Assembly: GCF_963921235.1 (NCBI RefSeq)
Contig: NC_086097.1
Location: 53,508,001-53,572,000 of the forward strand
Reading direction: 5' to 3'
Length of the DNA: 64,000 bases
DNA from: Mobula hypostoma
Taxonomy: Eukaryota
In this document: one piece after another, positions 11,533 through 22,924 of the stretch
Position numbering within the stretch: the stretch's first letter is position 1
How the letters are laid out: each line of letters opens with the position of its first letter
The notes under the pieces: model-generated
Database searches by the model: none
The model's input: the letters and a program-made list of their open reading frames with translations, nothing else
Told to the model about the DNA's origin: nothing
Translations under genes and position numbers: made by a program

Positions 11533-12351
11533 ATTCAATATGACAGATTTAAGTATGGAGCTGCAGAGAAAAGCAGCCTACATGAAGAAGGCAACAGCAG
11601 GGATAGGAAAGTGTAACATGAACATGCTGCAAAACACCAATGCAGTATCAAGCTTTATATTGAAGGAGAATGATTTTCAAGTTTAAGTTTATTGTCTTTG
11701 GCACATATACATAGTGTACAAATGCCTTGAAAGTTAGCTTTTTGCAGCTGCAGTACAGTGCATTACAATCATGACAAACATAAGCTAACATGGCCATGGA
11801 TGTGTAATGTCTAATTACATTATGTTTGTATCTGCCTATGTCTGTTTAAATGAAAAACATGGCAGCAAACCATATTGTATCTGGAAACATACAATTTAGG
11901 TTCACCGCATTAAATGAAAGAAGTTTAATGGTACCAGAATTGCACAAGAGTTTCACAGGCAACAATTTAGCTCTTTAAACGTAGTAAAGAGTTTAAGGGT
12001 GCTTAAAGGGGTTGTATCAGAAAATAAAATTCAAGGTGAGATGGCGTGGCTGATTTTGTAACCTTTTCGAGAGGTAGCCTAGCACAGAAGGCCACGAAGG
12101 CATAGCTGCCAGTGGTGGAGAGAAGGAAGCTGAAATTACACACAAGACCAGAACAGAGAAAGAAATTTGTTGTGAGGTGTATGAGGAAGGAATATGGCTG
12201 CAAGTGCAGGGCCAGATTTGAAAATAGGCCAAGAACTTTATATTCCCATTTATACTAACACATTTCTGTTATCACAATAAATAAATAAATAAATATATAA
12301 ATATAACTACCATCAAGGAGGACGTTGGAAGGCTTTGGATTCAGTGTTAGT

Positions 12352-12610
12352 GTAGTGTGTCCTCACACTATACTTGCGGTGCCTCAGAAAGGTGGCTTCC
12401 ATTATTAAGGGCCCCCATCACCCAGGACATGCCCTCTTCACTTTGTTACTGTCAGAAAGGAGGGACAGAAGCCTAAAGGCACACACCCAGATTCAGGAAC
12501 AGTTTCTTCCCTTCTGCCATCCAATTCCTAAATGGACATTGAACTCATGAACACTACTTCACTTTTTAATAAATTATTTCTGTTTTTGCACTACTGTTTT
12601 TAAGTTTGAC
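12352..12610 (+). mobile_element. Rex1 3' fragment
   Basis: CLRKVASIIK.PHHPGHALFTLL.S.RR..SLK..T.RFRNSFFPSAI. Confidence 0.75.
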
Positions 12611-15077
12611 TATTGGACAAACCTTTCTGTCAAGCCATTTGTAGCTGGGTGGTACGATGCAAATGTAATACGTCTCATTGCATTCATTTTCAGCAATGAC
12701 AAACTACTTTGCAACAAACTGTAGTCCATTATCATTGACTAAGTGTTCTGGAACACTGGCCCTTGAGAAGAGTATGTGAGGCTGTAGTGGAGGCTATTAG
12801 TAACACTTCTGGCCACTTTGTAGCTGCATCCTGAACTATCCTTTACTACCAAGAAATTTGTGCCCATGAACAGTCTGGCAAAATGCACACAAATCCTCTG
12901 CCAGGGCAATGAAGGCTATTCCCAGGGATAGAGAGGTGTTGCTCTTGGCATTTGCTGTACATGCTGGCATCCCGCACAGTGCATGGCATCTGACTGATCT
13001 GCTGATCTATCCTAGGCTACAAGACAGAGATTCGAGCCAGTGTTTTCATTTTGCCCATGACCAGTATGCAGCTCCTCCAACACTTCCATTCTCAGTTTAG
13101 ATGGTACAACAACTCTCAATCCCCACATAAGACAACCTCCGTCAAGGGCAAGATCATCCCAGTACTGGTAAAAATGGGGGAACTTGAATTTCTGCTGCAC
13201 ATTTCCAGTCACTTGGGTATTCAATGTAGACCTGAGAGGGTGTGGGGTCTTTTATGGATTTCCTTTGGATCACCTCTGACATAACAGAGAGACTTTTGTT
13301 TTGCATTAGGGAGAATACATCAAGAGGAAGTGTCCTTTTTGTAAATTTTTCCAGTTTTTCCTTTTCCAAGGGTAAATGGGACAATCCCTCACCATTTCCA
13401 TGATTAGTCATCCTCTTGAATTTGATCTTGCAATTGCGCCCCTCCAAGAAAAAGAGACCATCTCTGCATTTGTGCTGCTACTGTTAAAGGAACACCCTTC
13501 TGTGGACTGAAAAGGGACACCATTGGGACATCAGTAATGAGGGTAGACTCTCTCTCATATAGGGACTGGTTGAAAAGCTTTACATTCCAAACCATACTCA
13601 AGGCCTCCATTAATTTGTGCGTAATTTTTCCCTGCAGTGGGAAGGTAATGTGATTCAAAGTCTATGGAGCATTCACTTTCACCACATGGAAGCTTGACTA
13701 AATGTTGTGGATCATAATGTGTGAGTACAGTGTCTGATGTTACCATTTCCTTTGCCTTTTGGAAAGCCACTACACAAGATTTTGTCCATTGCCATTTCTT
13801 CCTGATCTGTAGTAATGAGTTCTAGGAATGGAACACAGTAATCAGATTTAGCAGGAACCTGTTATAGTAGTTGACAAATCCTAAAAAGGACCACAACTGT
13901 GACCACAATAAGTGATGCTTGGTTTAAATAATTCACCTTTTCACGTTGTGCTCTGAGCCTATAATCTTCTACTCTTTTTAACATTGTTTTGAGTTTTTGG
14001 AGATGTTCCTTGTCATCCTCACCAGTAACAATGAGGTCATCCGGGTAACACTGAGTGCCCAGGCAGCCTTGCAAATCCTGGTCCATAGCTTTCTGTGAGA
14101 GTGCAGGTGAAGATGCTACTCCAAAAATAAGCCTAATACAGTGCTAAAACTCTTTGTGACTGTTCATGGTGAGAAACACTCAACACTTCTTCCATCTCCA
14201 GCTGCAAGTAGGCCTCAGCCAAGTCCACTTTGCTGAAGTTTTTGCTCCAGAATTCTTTGCAGGGGTTATTGATCTACTTTCAGTACTGGGTAGATAGTGA
14301 CCTTAAAATCACCACAGCTCCTGACAGGCCCATCTTTCTTGTCTACTGGCACCACAGGCATTGCCCATGGGCTCCACTCACCCTTGGAAAGAATTTCTTC
14401 AGCCTCCATGTAATCTAGTTCATTGGCTACTTTATCACAGATGCTACAAGGAATTGAATGGGCTTTGCAAAACTTTGGTGTGACATTTTCATTTAATACT
14501 ATTTTGCTCATGATACATTTGATTTTGATTATAGCATCATCCACCATCCTTTCTTAATATGCTTTCAGTTGACTTTCTTGCAGGGAATGTAGGATGCAAA
14601 TTGTGGATGGATCTCCAAACAAGTTGCAGTTGTCTCAGACAGTCACAGTCCCACAATGCTGGCCCTCCTGTATTTACCACATACAAGCCCAGTGTGGCTT
14701 GTTGGTTGATGCATTTCACTGTTACAAATGTCATTCCCACAAGAGTTATCTTTTCTCCAGGATAAGTTCTTAGTGGACATCTGCAGTTCATTATCTTTGA
14801 AATTCCATTCAAACTCATTTTGTGGCATGGCTGAAACAATCGAGCCAGTGTCCGATGCCATTTTAATTAATTGCTGCTCCCTTTTGGTGTAAGCCATATT
14901 GCTTGATGTTACATTGTAAATCTTCAGACTAATCAGTCCTATGTCATTCTCATCATTATCAGATTTATCATTATCAGATTTTTCATTAACACCATGCAGA
15001 TTCAGGCTCTTTTCCAAACTGCAATTTGACTTTTTAATCATTTTCTCTGCCCTGTGCAGTCCATTTATTTTTGTCTG

Positions 15078-15569
15078 TGTCAAGGCTCTGGAGCAGAGAT
15101 CCAAACGCAGACCCAGTACTGTGCATACAGTAATATTAATTGAGTAACAAATCCAGAGGTGCAAACAAAGTCAGCGTCACAGTTCGGGCAGAGATCAAAA
15201 CATCCAGAGAAATCCAAAAACCAGAATCCGGAAACAGGCAGAGTCGATATTCAGACGGACAGAGTTCAGATAGAATGCTGGAAAGGCTCAAGAAAATTCA
15301 CTGACATAATCTGGCAACAAACAGTTGAAAACACAGGACTGAAATACACTGAGCAATAAACAGAGAGGCAGATGATAGGTGGAGCACAATGAGACACAGG
15401 TGGCAGCAATACAGATAATAATGAGAGACAGATGAGAGACGGAGTACTCAGTAATACAGGGGCTGGAGTAGAGCAGGAGTGGGGGCAGGAGCACATGGCA
15501 ATACAAAACCACAAACTGACAGCTAGGGGGAAAATACACAAAAAGACAGCTCAGCTGGAGGTACTGACA
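15078..15569 (-). repeat. 3' LTR of chromovirus
   Basis: TGTCA...TGACA; aligns with 20332-20825. Confidence 0.95.
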
Positions 15570-16460
15570 GTAACCCCCCCACCACGGACACCTCCCGGCA
15601 TCACGGCAGGTAGAGCTGGGTGCTGGGGATGAAAGTCCCTGATGAGAGAGGGGTCCAGGGTGTTACAGGCGGAGACCCAGCACCTCTCCTCAGGACCGTA
15701 GCCCTCCCAGTCCACAAGGTACTGGAGGCCACGGCCCTGGCGACGAAAGTCCAGCATTCGACGCACCGTGAAGGCCTCTGACCCATCGATGAGCTGTGGG
15801 GGGTGGGTTTGGGGACAGGACACAGGGGGTGGCTCAAGAAAGGCTTGATGCGGGACACATGGAAGGTGGGACGAACGCTGTGGAGAGTGGACGGGAGCTT
15901 GAGATGGACGGTAGCAGGACTGATGATTTTAGCAATGGGAAAGGGGCCAATGCAGCAGGGGGCGATCTTGCAGGAATCCATCTTGGGGGGCTGGTTTTGA
16001 GTTGAAAGCCACACATGCTGTCCCTGGCAGTAATGTGGGGCCTTGGAGCAATGGTGATCAGCTTGATGCTTGATCCTAGCAGAGGCACGGAGAAGGGCAG
16101 AGCGAATGCACCTCCACGTCTGCTGACAATGGTGGATGAATGTCTTGGCTGATAGAACGCCATCCTCCTCCTCCTGGGCGGGTAACAGTGGAGGTCGGCA
16201 GCCAAGGCAGCATTTGAAAGGGGACTGACTGGTGGATGAGGACGGATGAGCGTTTATGGCGTACTTGGCCTGGGGTACCTGCTGACTCCACACAGAGGGG
16301 TTCTGGGAGACCAGACACCACAATACTGTCTCTAGCTGTTGGTTGGCCCGCTCAGTCTGGCTATTGGTCTGTTGGTGCAATCCTGAAGACAGACTCACGG
16401 AGGCCCTCCAAAAGTTGGATGCGAATTGAGAGCCCCTGTCTGACATAACATCTACAGGTA

Positions 16461-16921
16461 CGAGGGGTGATTGATAAGTTCGTGGCCTAAGATAGGAGTC
16501 AATTTTAGAAAACCTAGAACATTTTTTTTCGTACAATTACACACTTAGTCCAGTGGTCATGGAGCATACGGATCCCTTCTTTGTAGAAGTCAGTGTCTTG
16601 GACCTCCAGAAGTGGTCCACAGCAGAAGTGATTGATAAGTTCGTGGCCTAAAGTAGAAGGAGATGCATTTTCACGCAAAGAGTTGAACTGCACGTGCCTA
16701 TAATGAGAGCCGTATAACTCATCTCCTTCTACCTTAGGCCACGAACTTATCAAACACCTCTGCTGTGGACCACTTCTACAAAGAGGGGATCCGTATGCTC
16801 CACAACTGCTGGACTAAGTGTGTACATGTAGGAGGGGATATTGTTGAAAAAAATAAATGTGCTAGGTTTTCTAAAATTGACTCCTTCTACCTTAGGCCAT
16901 GAACTTATCAATCACCCCTCG
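16461..16921. mobile_element. Mariner-derived palindromic MITE inserted in chromovirus integrase
   Basis: TA TSD; TIR cgaggggtgattgataagttcgtggcctaag; transposase C-terminal remnant FYKEGIRMLHDHWTKCV; removal restores IN ..KLHGL/PVDVMSDRG. Confidence 0.92.
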
Positions 16922-19900
16922 TAAACCATGTAATTTAAAAACGTGCAGTACTAGTAACTTGGCTGTTTCCTTGGCAGAGGGGAGTTTAGGTAAAGGAATG
17001 AAATGTACAGTCTTGGAGAAACAATCAATTACTGTGGGAATGGTGGTGTTACCATCTGATGGGGTAAGACTGGTGACAAAATCTAGGGCCTTGTGGGAGC
17101 AAGGTCTCTTGGGGATAGACAGGGGTTGTAACAGACCAACAGGTAACCAGTTAGAGTTCTTACCTCGAGCACAGACCGAGCAGGCTGAGACGAAGTTGTG
17201 GATGTCATCTCCCATGGAGGGCCACCTGAACCGTCGACTGATGAAGGCCTGAGTATGCTTGGTTCCAGGGTGACAGGTTAACCGGGAAGGATGACCCCAC
17301 TGCAATACCTGTGAGCGGACAGAGCTGGCAACATAAACACGGTTAGTGGGGCATTGACTAGGGGCTGCCTCGCTCTGTTGAGCAGCTTACACCATGGCTT
17401 CAATATCCCATTGCACTATACCCATGAGATAGTGAGCAGGGAGGATGACATCGGGTACCTCAGGGGTCTCAGAGAGGGCATCAGGTTTTCCTCTTGGAAC
17501 CGGGGTGGAAGGACAGAGTAATATTGAATCTTGAGAAAAAGAGGGACCAATGAGTTTGACGGGAGTTGAGACGCTTGGCCGTACAGTTATTTTCCAGATT
17601 CTTGTGATCAGTCCAGACTAAGAATGTCACCTTGGCTCCCTCCAGCCAATGCCTCCACTCCTCCAGAACTAGCTTCACAGCCAGCAGCTCCCAGTTTCTG
17701 ACACCATAATTCCTCTCCGTGGGGGTGAGGTGGTGAGGTGGTGAGGCGGTGAGAGAAGGCAGCACGGGGTGTACCTTCTCATCCTTGGCCAAGCATTGAG
17801 AGAGAACAGCTCCTACTGCAATGTCAGATGCATCCAACTCCATAATGAACTGCCGGTCGGTGTCGAGTTGAATCAGGATTGGGGCAGAGGTGAAACGTTC
17901 CTTCAGGTCAGAGAATGCTTTATCAGCGGCAGGGGACCAGGAGAATCTGGCAGCAGATGAGGCAAGAGCAGTGAGTGGTACAGTCAGTGTACTGTAATTT
18001 CTGATGAAGCGGTGATAGAAGTTAGCGAAGCCCAAGAAGTGTTGCAACTCCTGATGAGTAGAAGGTTGAGGGCCATTCTACCACCGCCTTGACCTTCTAT
18101 TGATCCATCTGAATGGAACCGCCTGAAATTACATACCCGAGGAAGGAGACTGTATTGTGATGAAACTCACATTTCTCAGCCTTCACAAAGAGCTGGTTCT
18201 CCAGAAGGCACTAGAGAACTCTGCGGACGTGACCTGTGTGTTCAGCAAGGGACTTAGAAAAAAAAATCAAAATGTCGTTGAGATACACAAAAACAAATTG
18301 GTTCAGCATGTCCCTGAGAACGTCATTTACCAGGGCTTGGAAGACGGCAGGGGCATTGGTGAGACCGAATGGCATGACCAGATATTTGTAATGGCCTGAG
18401 GTGGTGTTGAAGGCTGTCTTCCACTCGTCCCCTTTGCGGATGTGGACAAGATGGTAGGTGTTACGGAGATCAAGCTTGATGAAAACTGAGGCTCCTTGTA
18501 GTAGTTCAAATGATGGGGTCATGAGTGGAAGAGGGTAACGGTTCTTAACAGTGACTTCATTCAGTCCCCGGTAATCAATGCAGGGATGTAAGGGGCTGTC
18601 CTTCTTTTCAGCAAAGAAAAAACTAGCACCAGCAGGGAAGGAAGTTGGCCAGATGATGCCTGTAGCTAGAGACTCATTCATGGCTTCTGTTTCAGGTACA
18701 GACAGGGAATACAGGTGGCCCTTTGGGGGAGATGTGCAAGGCAAGAAGTCAATGGTGCAATCATATGGATGATGAGGCAGCAGGGAAGTGGCCCGGGAGT
18801 TGCTGAACGCAGCCTTGAGGTCCATATATTCAGGAGGGATGGCACTACAGTCCAGAAATTCCTCAAGGGGATCTGGGCTTGGAGACAAGGGGATCTGAGC
18901 ATGGCGGAGGCAGTGGGAGTGACAGAATGAGCTCCAGACTACAATCTTGCGACTGAGCCAGTCGATGTGAGGGTTGTGTTTAACAAACTAGGGATGGCCC
19001 AGGACAATGGGAGCTTGAGGAGAGTCAATAACCTAAAGGGTTAACTGTTCATGATGGTTGCTGTATAAACTGAGACTCACCAGGGCTATGCCAAGGATGA
19101 TATTAGCTAGTCTCTGACCATTTGAGGGGTTGGCCGTTAATGGTGACTGGAGAGCAGATGTGGGTAGTCCCCACTGGGCAGCCAAGCTGTAATTAATAAA
19201 ACACCCCTTCGCACCAGAATCGACCAAGACAGAGACTGCTCACCATTGGATGCCCCACTCCAGAGAAGCAGGTATGAGAGTGAGTGGTGTCGAGGAGGGT
19301 TCGACAGGGGTCACGCTCACCAGTACGCCTCATCCTACTGGTGAGCGCTTGGCTTTTACTAGGCAGGTGAAGATGAAATGGCCTGGTTGGCCACAGTACA
19401 GACAGGAGCGGGTGCTGATTGTCCTTTGTCTTTCAGTCAGCGTCAAGTAGGTACGATCCACATGCATAGCTTTGGGCTCTGGAATGAGAATTGTAGATGG
19501 AGTCAAACGGCAGGGCAATATAGACTGACAAGGAGCTTGGAACTCACCCAGTACCTCCAGGGACCCTCTGGAATCCCTCCCTCTGCAGCACTGCTGAAGG
19601 CAAACATCAATACAGATGGCCAAATCTACCAGGTCTTCCAAGGTGGCAGGAAGGCCCTGGGTGACCAGCTCATCTTGGATGTCTTTGGAGAGGCCGTTCA
19701 GGAAGGTGTCGTACTGTGCCTCCAAGTTTCAGCCACTGGAGGTGGCTAGGGTCCGGAACTCTATGGGGATCTGCTCCCCTGGTGCATGTGCAGCATTTCA
19801 CAGGCAGCTTCTCTCCCATGTTTGGAGCGATCAAACACTTTTCTCATCTCCTCAGAAAATAACTGAAAACTACTGCAGAAAGTGGAGCCTGCCTCCCAGA

Positions 19901-20331
19901 CAGCTGTTCCCCATTCTCTCACCTGATCAGGCAGTTGGGTGATGATGTAGGCCACCTTGGCTCGATCAGTCAGAATTGTTGTTGGTTGTAATTCAAAAAT
20001 GAGGGTGTACTGGGAATGAAAAGAGCAGCAGGTACTGGGCTCACCTGAGTACTTTTCTGGAGGAGGCAGACGGGGCCCTTGGATGGGAGGAGCATGCGAG
20101 GACATGGAGGGCCGGGCGGCAGATGCAGTCGCAGAATGTTGATGGGTGCTCTGGGACAGCTGGAGTGACTGAATCTGGGCCACAAGATCCACTATATTGA
20201 CAGAAAGCAACTCCACTGCCCTGAACACAGAGTCCAGCTGGTTCTGGTGTCTCCCCAGCATCACTCCCTGTTGTTCCAGGACAGCTCTCAGACAATTGGG
20301 GTCTGCTAGATCCATTCTGGCCAGACTGTAC

Positions 20332-20825
20332 TGTCAGGACACTGGAACAGGGATCCAATCACAGGCCCAGTACTGTGAACACTGTGATATTAATTGAGTA
20401 ACAAATCCTGAGGTGCAAACAAAGTTAGCATCAAAGTTCTGGCAGAGATCAAAACATCCAGAGAAATCCAAAAAAACTTAATCAGGAAACAGGCAGAGTT
20501 GATATTCAGGCAGACAGAGTACAGATAGAATGCTGGAAAGGCTCAGGAAAATTCACTGACATAATCTAGCAACAAACAGTTGAAAATACAGGACTGAAAT
20601 ACACTGAGCAATAAACAGAGAGGCAGATGATAGGTGGAGCACAATGAGACACAGGTGGCAGCAACACAGGTAATAATGAGAAACAGATGAGAGACGGAGT
20701 ACTCAGTAATACAGGGGCTGGAGTAGAGCAGGAGCTGGGACAGGAGCACATGGCAATACAAAACCACAGACTGACAACTAGGGGGAAACACACAAAAAGA
20801 CAGAGTTCAACTGGAGGTACTAACA
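20332..20825 (-). repeat. 5' LTR of chromovirus
   Basis: TGTCA...TAACA; gag ATG (20315) lies only 16 nt inside the LTR boundary. Confidence 0.95.
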
Positions 20826-21343
20826 GTCTACCCAAAATGCTTTTTGTATGTGTCCCACTTTGTTGAAGTATTGCCTTTAAATCTGCATTGGTCTGGAGTA
20901 TGTGAGCACCTGCCACAATGGTAACACAATTTGTTTGGCCAGGCAGATTCATGTTTAGAGGTTGCAATTTTGTTCACGCTCACTTTCATTTCTGAATGCA
21001 ACTCCATTACGTCTCTGGCTGCTCTTTCTATTGATAATTCAGTTTCAACTTCTCTTTTAAATGTCAGTTGTGCTTCAGTTAGGAGCCATTTTTAAATGCT
21101 TTCTTGTAAGGTTCCACTAACTAAATGATCTCTCAGTGCATCATTAAGCCCATTACTGAACTGACAGTGGTTGGAAAATTTCTTCAATTCAGCCACAGAA
21201 GCTGAAATGGACACCCTTTTCTTTTGATTCCACTTGTGATAAAGCATTAAGCATTCTGTAATCAACGATGGTCAAACATCTCTCCCCCCTTCAGAAGAAA
21301 CATGTGCTGTGCTTTTCATGACTCGAGCATCTCTCTCCCCTTG

Positions 21344-21612
21344 AGAAACATAAAAACCTACAGCACAATACAGGTCCTTTGGCCCACAAAGCTGTGCCAA
21401 ACATGTCCTTACTTGAGAAATTACCTAGGGTTACCCATAGCCCTCTATTTTTCTGAGCTCCATATACCTATCCAGGAGTCTCTTAAAAGACCCTATCGTA
21501 TCCGCCTCCACCACTGTCGCCGGCAGCCCATTCCACGCACTCACCACTCTCTGTGTAAAAACTTACCCCTGACATCTCCTCTGCACCGACTTCCAAGCAC
21601 CTTAAAACTGTG
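21344..21612 (-). mobile_element. CR1 3' fragment
   Basis: FKVLGSR.RGDVRGKF C-terminus and 3' UTR. Confidence 0.85.
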
Positions 21613-21671
21613 CTGCACTTCAGCAAGTAGGTAGTTGTCTTGGGTTTGTTTTAAAACTTCCTTGTCACCAC

Positions 21672-21877
21672 TGTTATGCTTTCTAACTCCAAAAATTAAT
21701 GGAAAGTTGCTTAGTTTCTTTAGTGAGGTCTTCATGTATAACGTGGTGGCATAATGAGGTACAGTATGCTATTCATGTTCTTCTTACATATAATTGGCAA
21801 AGAATTTTGTAAATAAACAAAGAATGCTTAATCAAACAATATATTTATGATATTACTGAGATATTAAATATACTACA
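21672..21877 (-). repeat. 5' LTR of the outer Mag-type element
   Basis: About 206 bp, TG...CA ends, followed on the minus strand by g-tggtgacaagg PBS-like sequence. Confidence 0.6.
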
Positions 21878-22237
21878 AATGGGATCTCCAATTCTACTCC
21901 CACAAGACTAGATGCATGGGTGCAGGTATCACATTACCCTTGGCCTGGAGCTGACTTAAATTTCTTGTCCAGCAGTGCATGTGTGTAAGATTTAATGGCC
22001 AATAGAATTGGGACTTGAATTCCAGTTCACTGAGATTTTTTTCTAATATATCCAAGTATGTGGAACATAATAATGTAGTCGACTGCCATTGATGTTCACA
22101 TACAAGACTAAAATAGCAAAACATGTTACTGATCAAATGGTTAAGCTGAAGATGGCAATAAAGCAAATTCAAGTCCACTTAATCATTGTGATCTCATGCT
22201 GGGATGGTTTAAAAATACTGCTGAAGACCAAATTCTC

Positions 22238-22704
22238 AGCTGGAAATTTTGTGGTAGGCTTGTATTTCCATTGCCATCTCTGATTGTGCAGCTCAATTGC
22301 TTTGTTTACAGTCAGGAATTTCTGTTTCGCAAGACGGAAATTCCTGATGACACTGGGGTTTTAAAGGCCATGTGTCACCAGGAGTTTGTGGCTGGAAGCC
22401 AGCTTCTCTCGTTCATAGAAGATGAACGAGATGTAGATGTTGCTGCACAGATATGCAGCCATTTCACTAAAGTGAAGCGCTAGCAAGCTACAGTCCACCA
22501 AAGGTGTAAATTGAAATAATTTCAATTAATGCTTTTAACACTTCAGAAATAAAGCTATGTCAAATTTTTCACAGATTTTGATTAATATTAAATAGCCAGT
22601 TTAAGGATTAATATGCAAAAATTTCTAATTCCCGGTTTGTAGATAAGAAGATTCAAACCCTGATAAATCATTGCCACTTTATTGATAAAATCAAAATTTT
22701 AGCC
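22238..22704. other. Unassigned element containing a chain of consecutive hairpins, possibly an old MITE
   Basis: About nine stem-loops in 22241-22527; imperfect inverted ends agctggaaattttg (22238) / caaaattttagcc (22692). Confidence 0.5.
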
Positions 22705-22924
22705 ACATAATACTTGCATTGGCTCAATATACACGTTCAATAGTTGCACTTATAATGAATTGTTTAGTAATGCCATAAAACTATTTAATTTGTCACATCA
22801 AATGATGCCATGAATTCCACAAGACTTCCATTCTAGGACGATTAAAATTTATTGAACTAACGGAATAAGTCAGAATAGTTTTCTTCAATATCACATTTCG
22901 GAAGAAGAGAACTTGGATAAGTAG

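Larger units (their letters stand above)
15078..20825 (-). mobile_element. Full-length Sushi-like chromovirus (Ty3/Gypsy) LTR retrotransposon, disabled
   Basis: Paired LTRs; TSD gtctg/gtcta; gag (PPPEKYSG, CLYCGQPGHFIFTC); PR (VDSGA); RT ([24 protein letters not shown]); RNase H (LDASD, TDHKNL); IN (LDFV, SDRG, QTER, GPF); chromodomain ([16 protein letters not shown]); PPT at 15570-15585. Confidence 0.97.
12615..21877 (-). mobile_element. Decayed Mag-clade Ty3/Gypsy LTR retrotransposon (outer element; interrupted at 15078-20825 and 21344-21612; 3' end lost)
   Basis: gag (AELKKFSNHCQF..LRDHLV, CYHCG..H...C) at 20831-21270; RT (SPWAMPVVPVDKKDG.VR.CGDFKVT, CYPDDLIVTG); RNase H (MQRWSLFL); IN (GCLMWGLRVVVP..VLEELHTGH). 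PBS-like tggtgacaagg (decayed TGGCGACGAGG) next to a TG..CA LTR. Confidence 0.85.

Noticed and set aside
22344..22380. CUGAUGA between two hairpins suggesting a type III hammerhead
   Set aside because: No GAAA after stem II and no UH triplet before stem I.
22311..22483. Apparent terminal coding exon (acceptor tttgtttacAG, 57 open codons, AATAAA at 22548)
   Set aside because: The peptide is not recognisable, no partner exons were found, and the region is better explained by its hairpin chain; not fully excluded.
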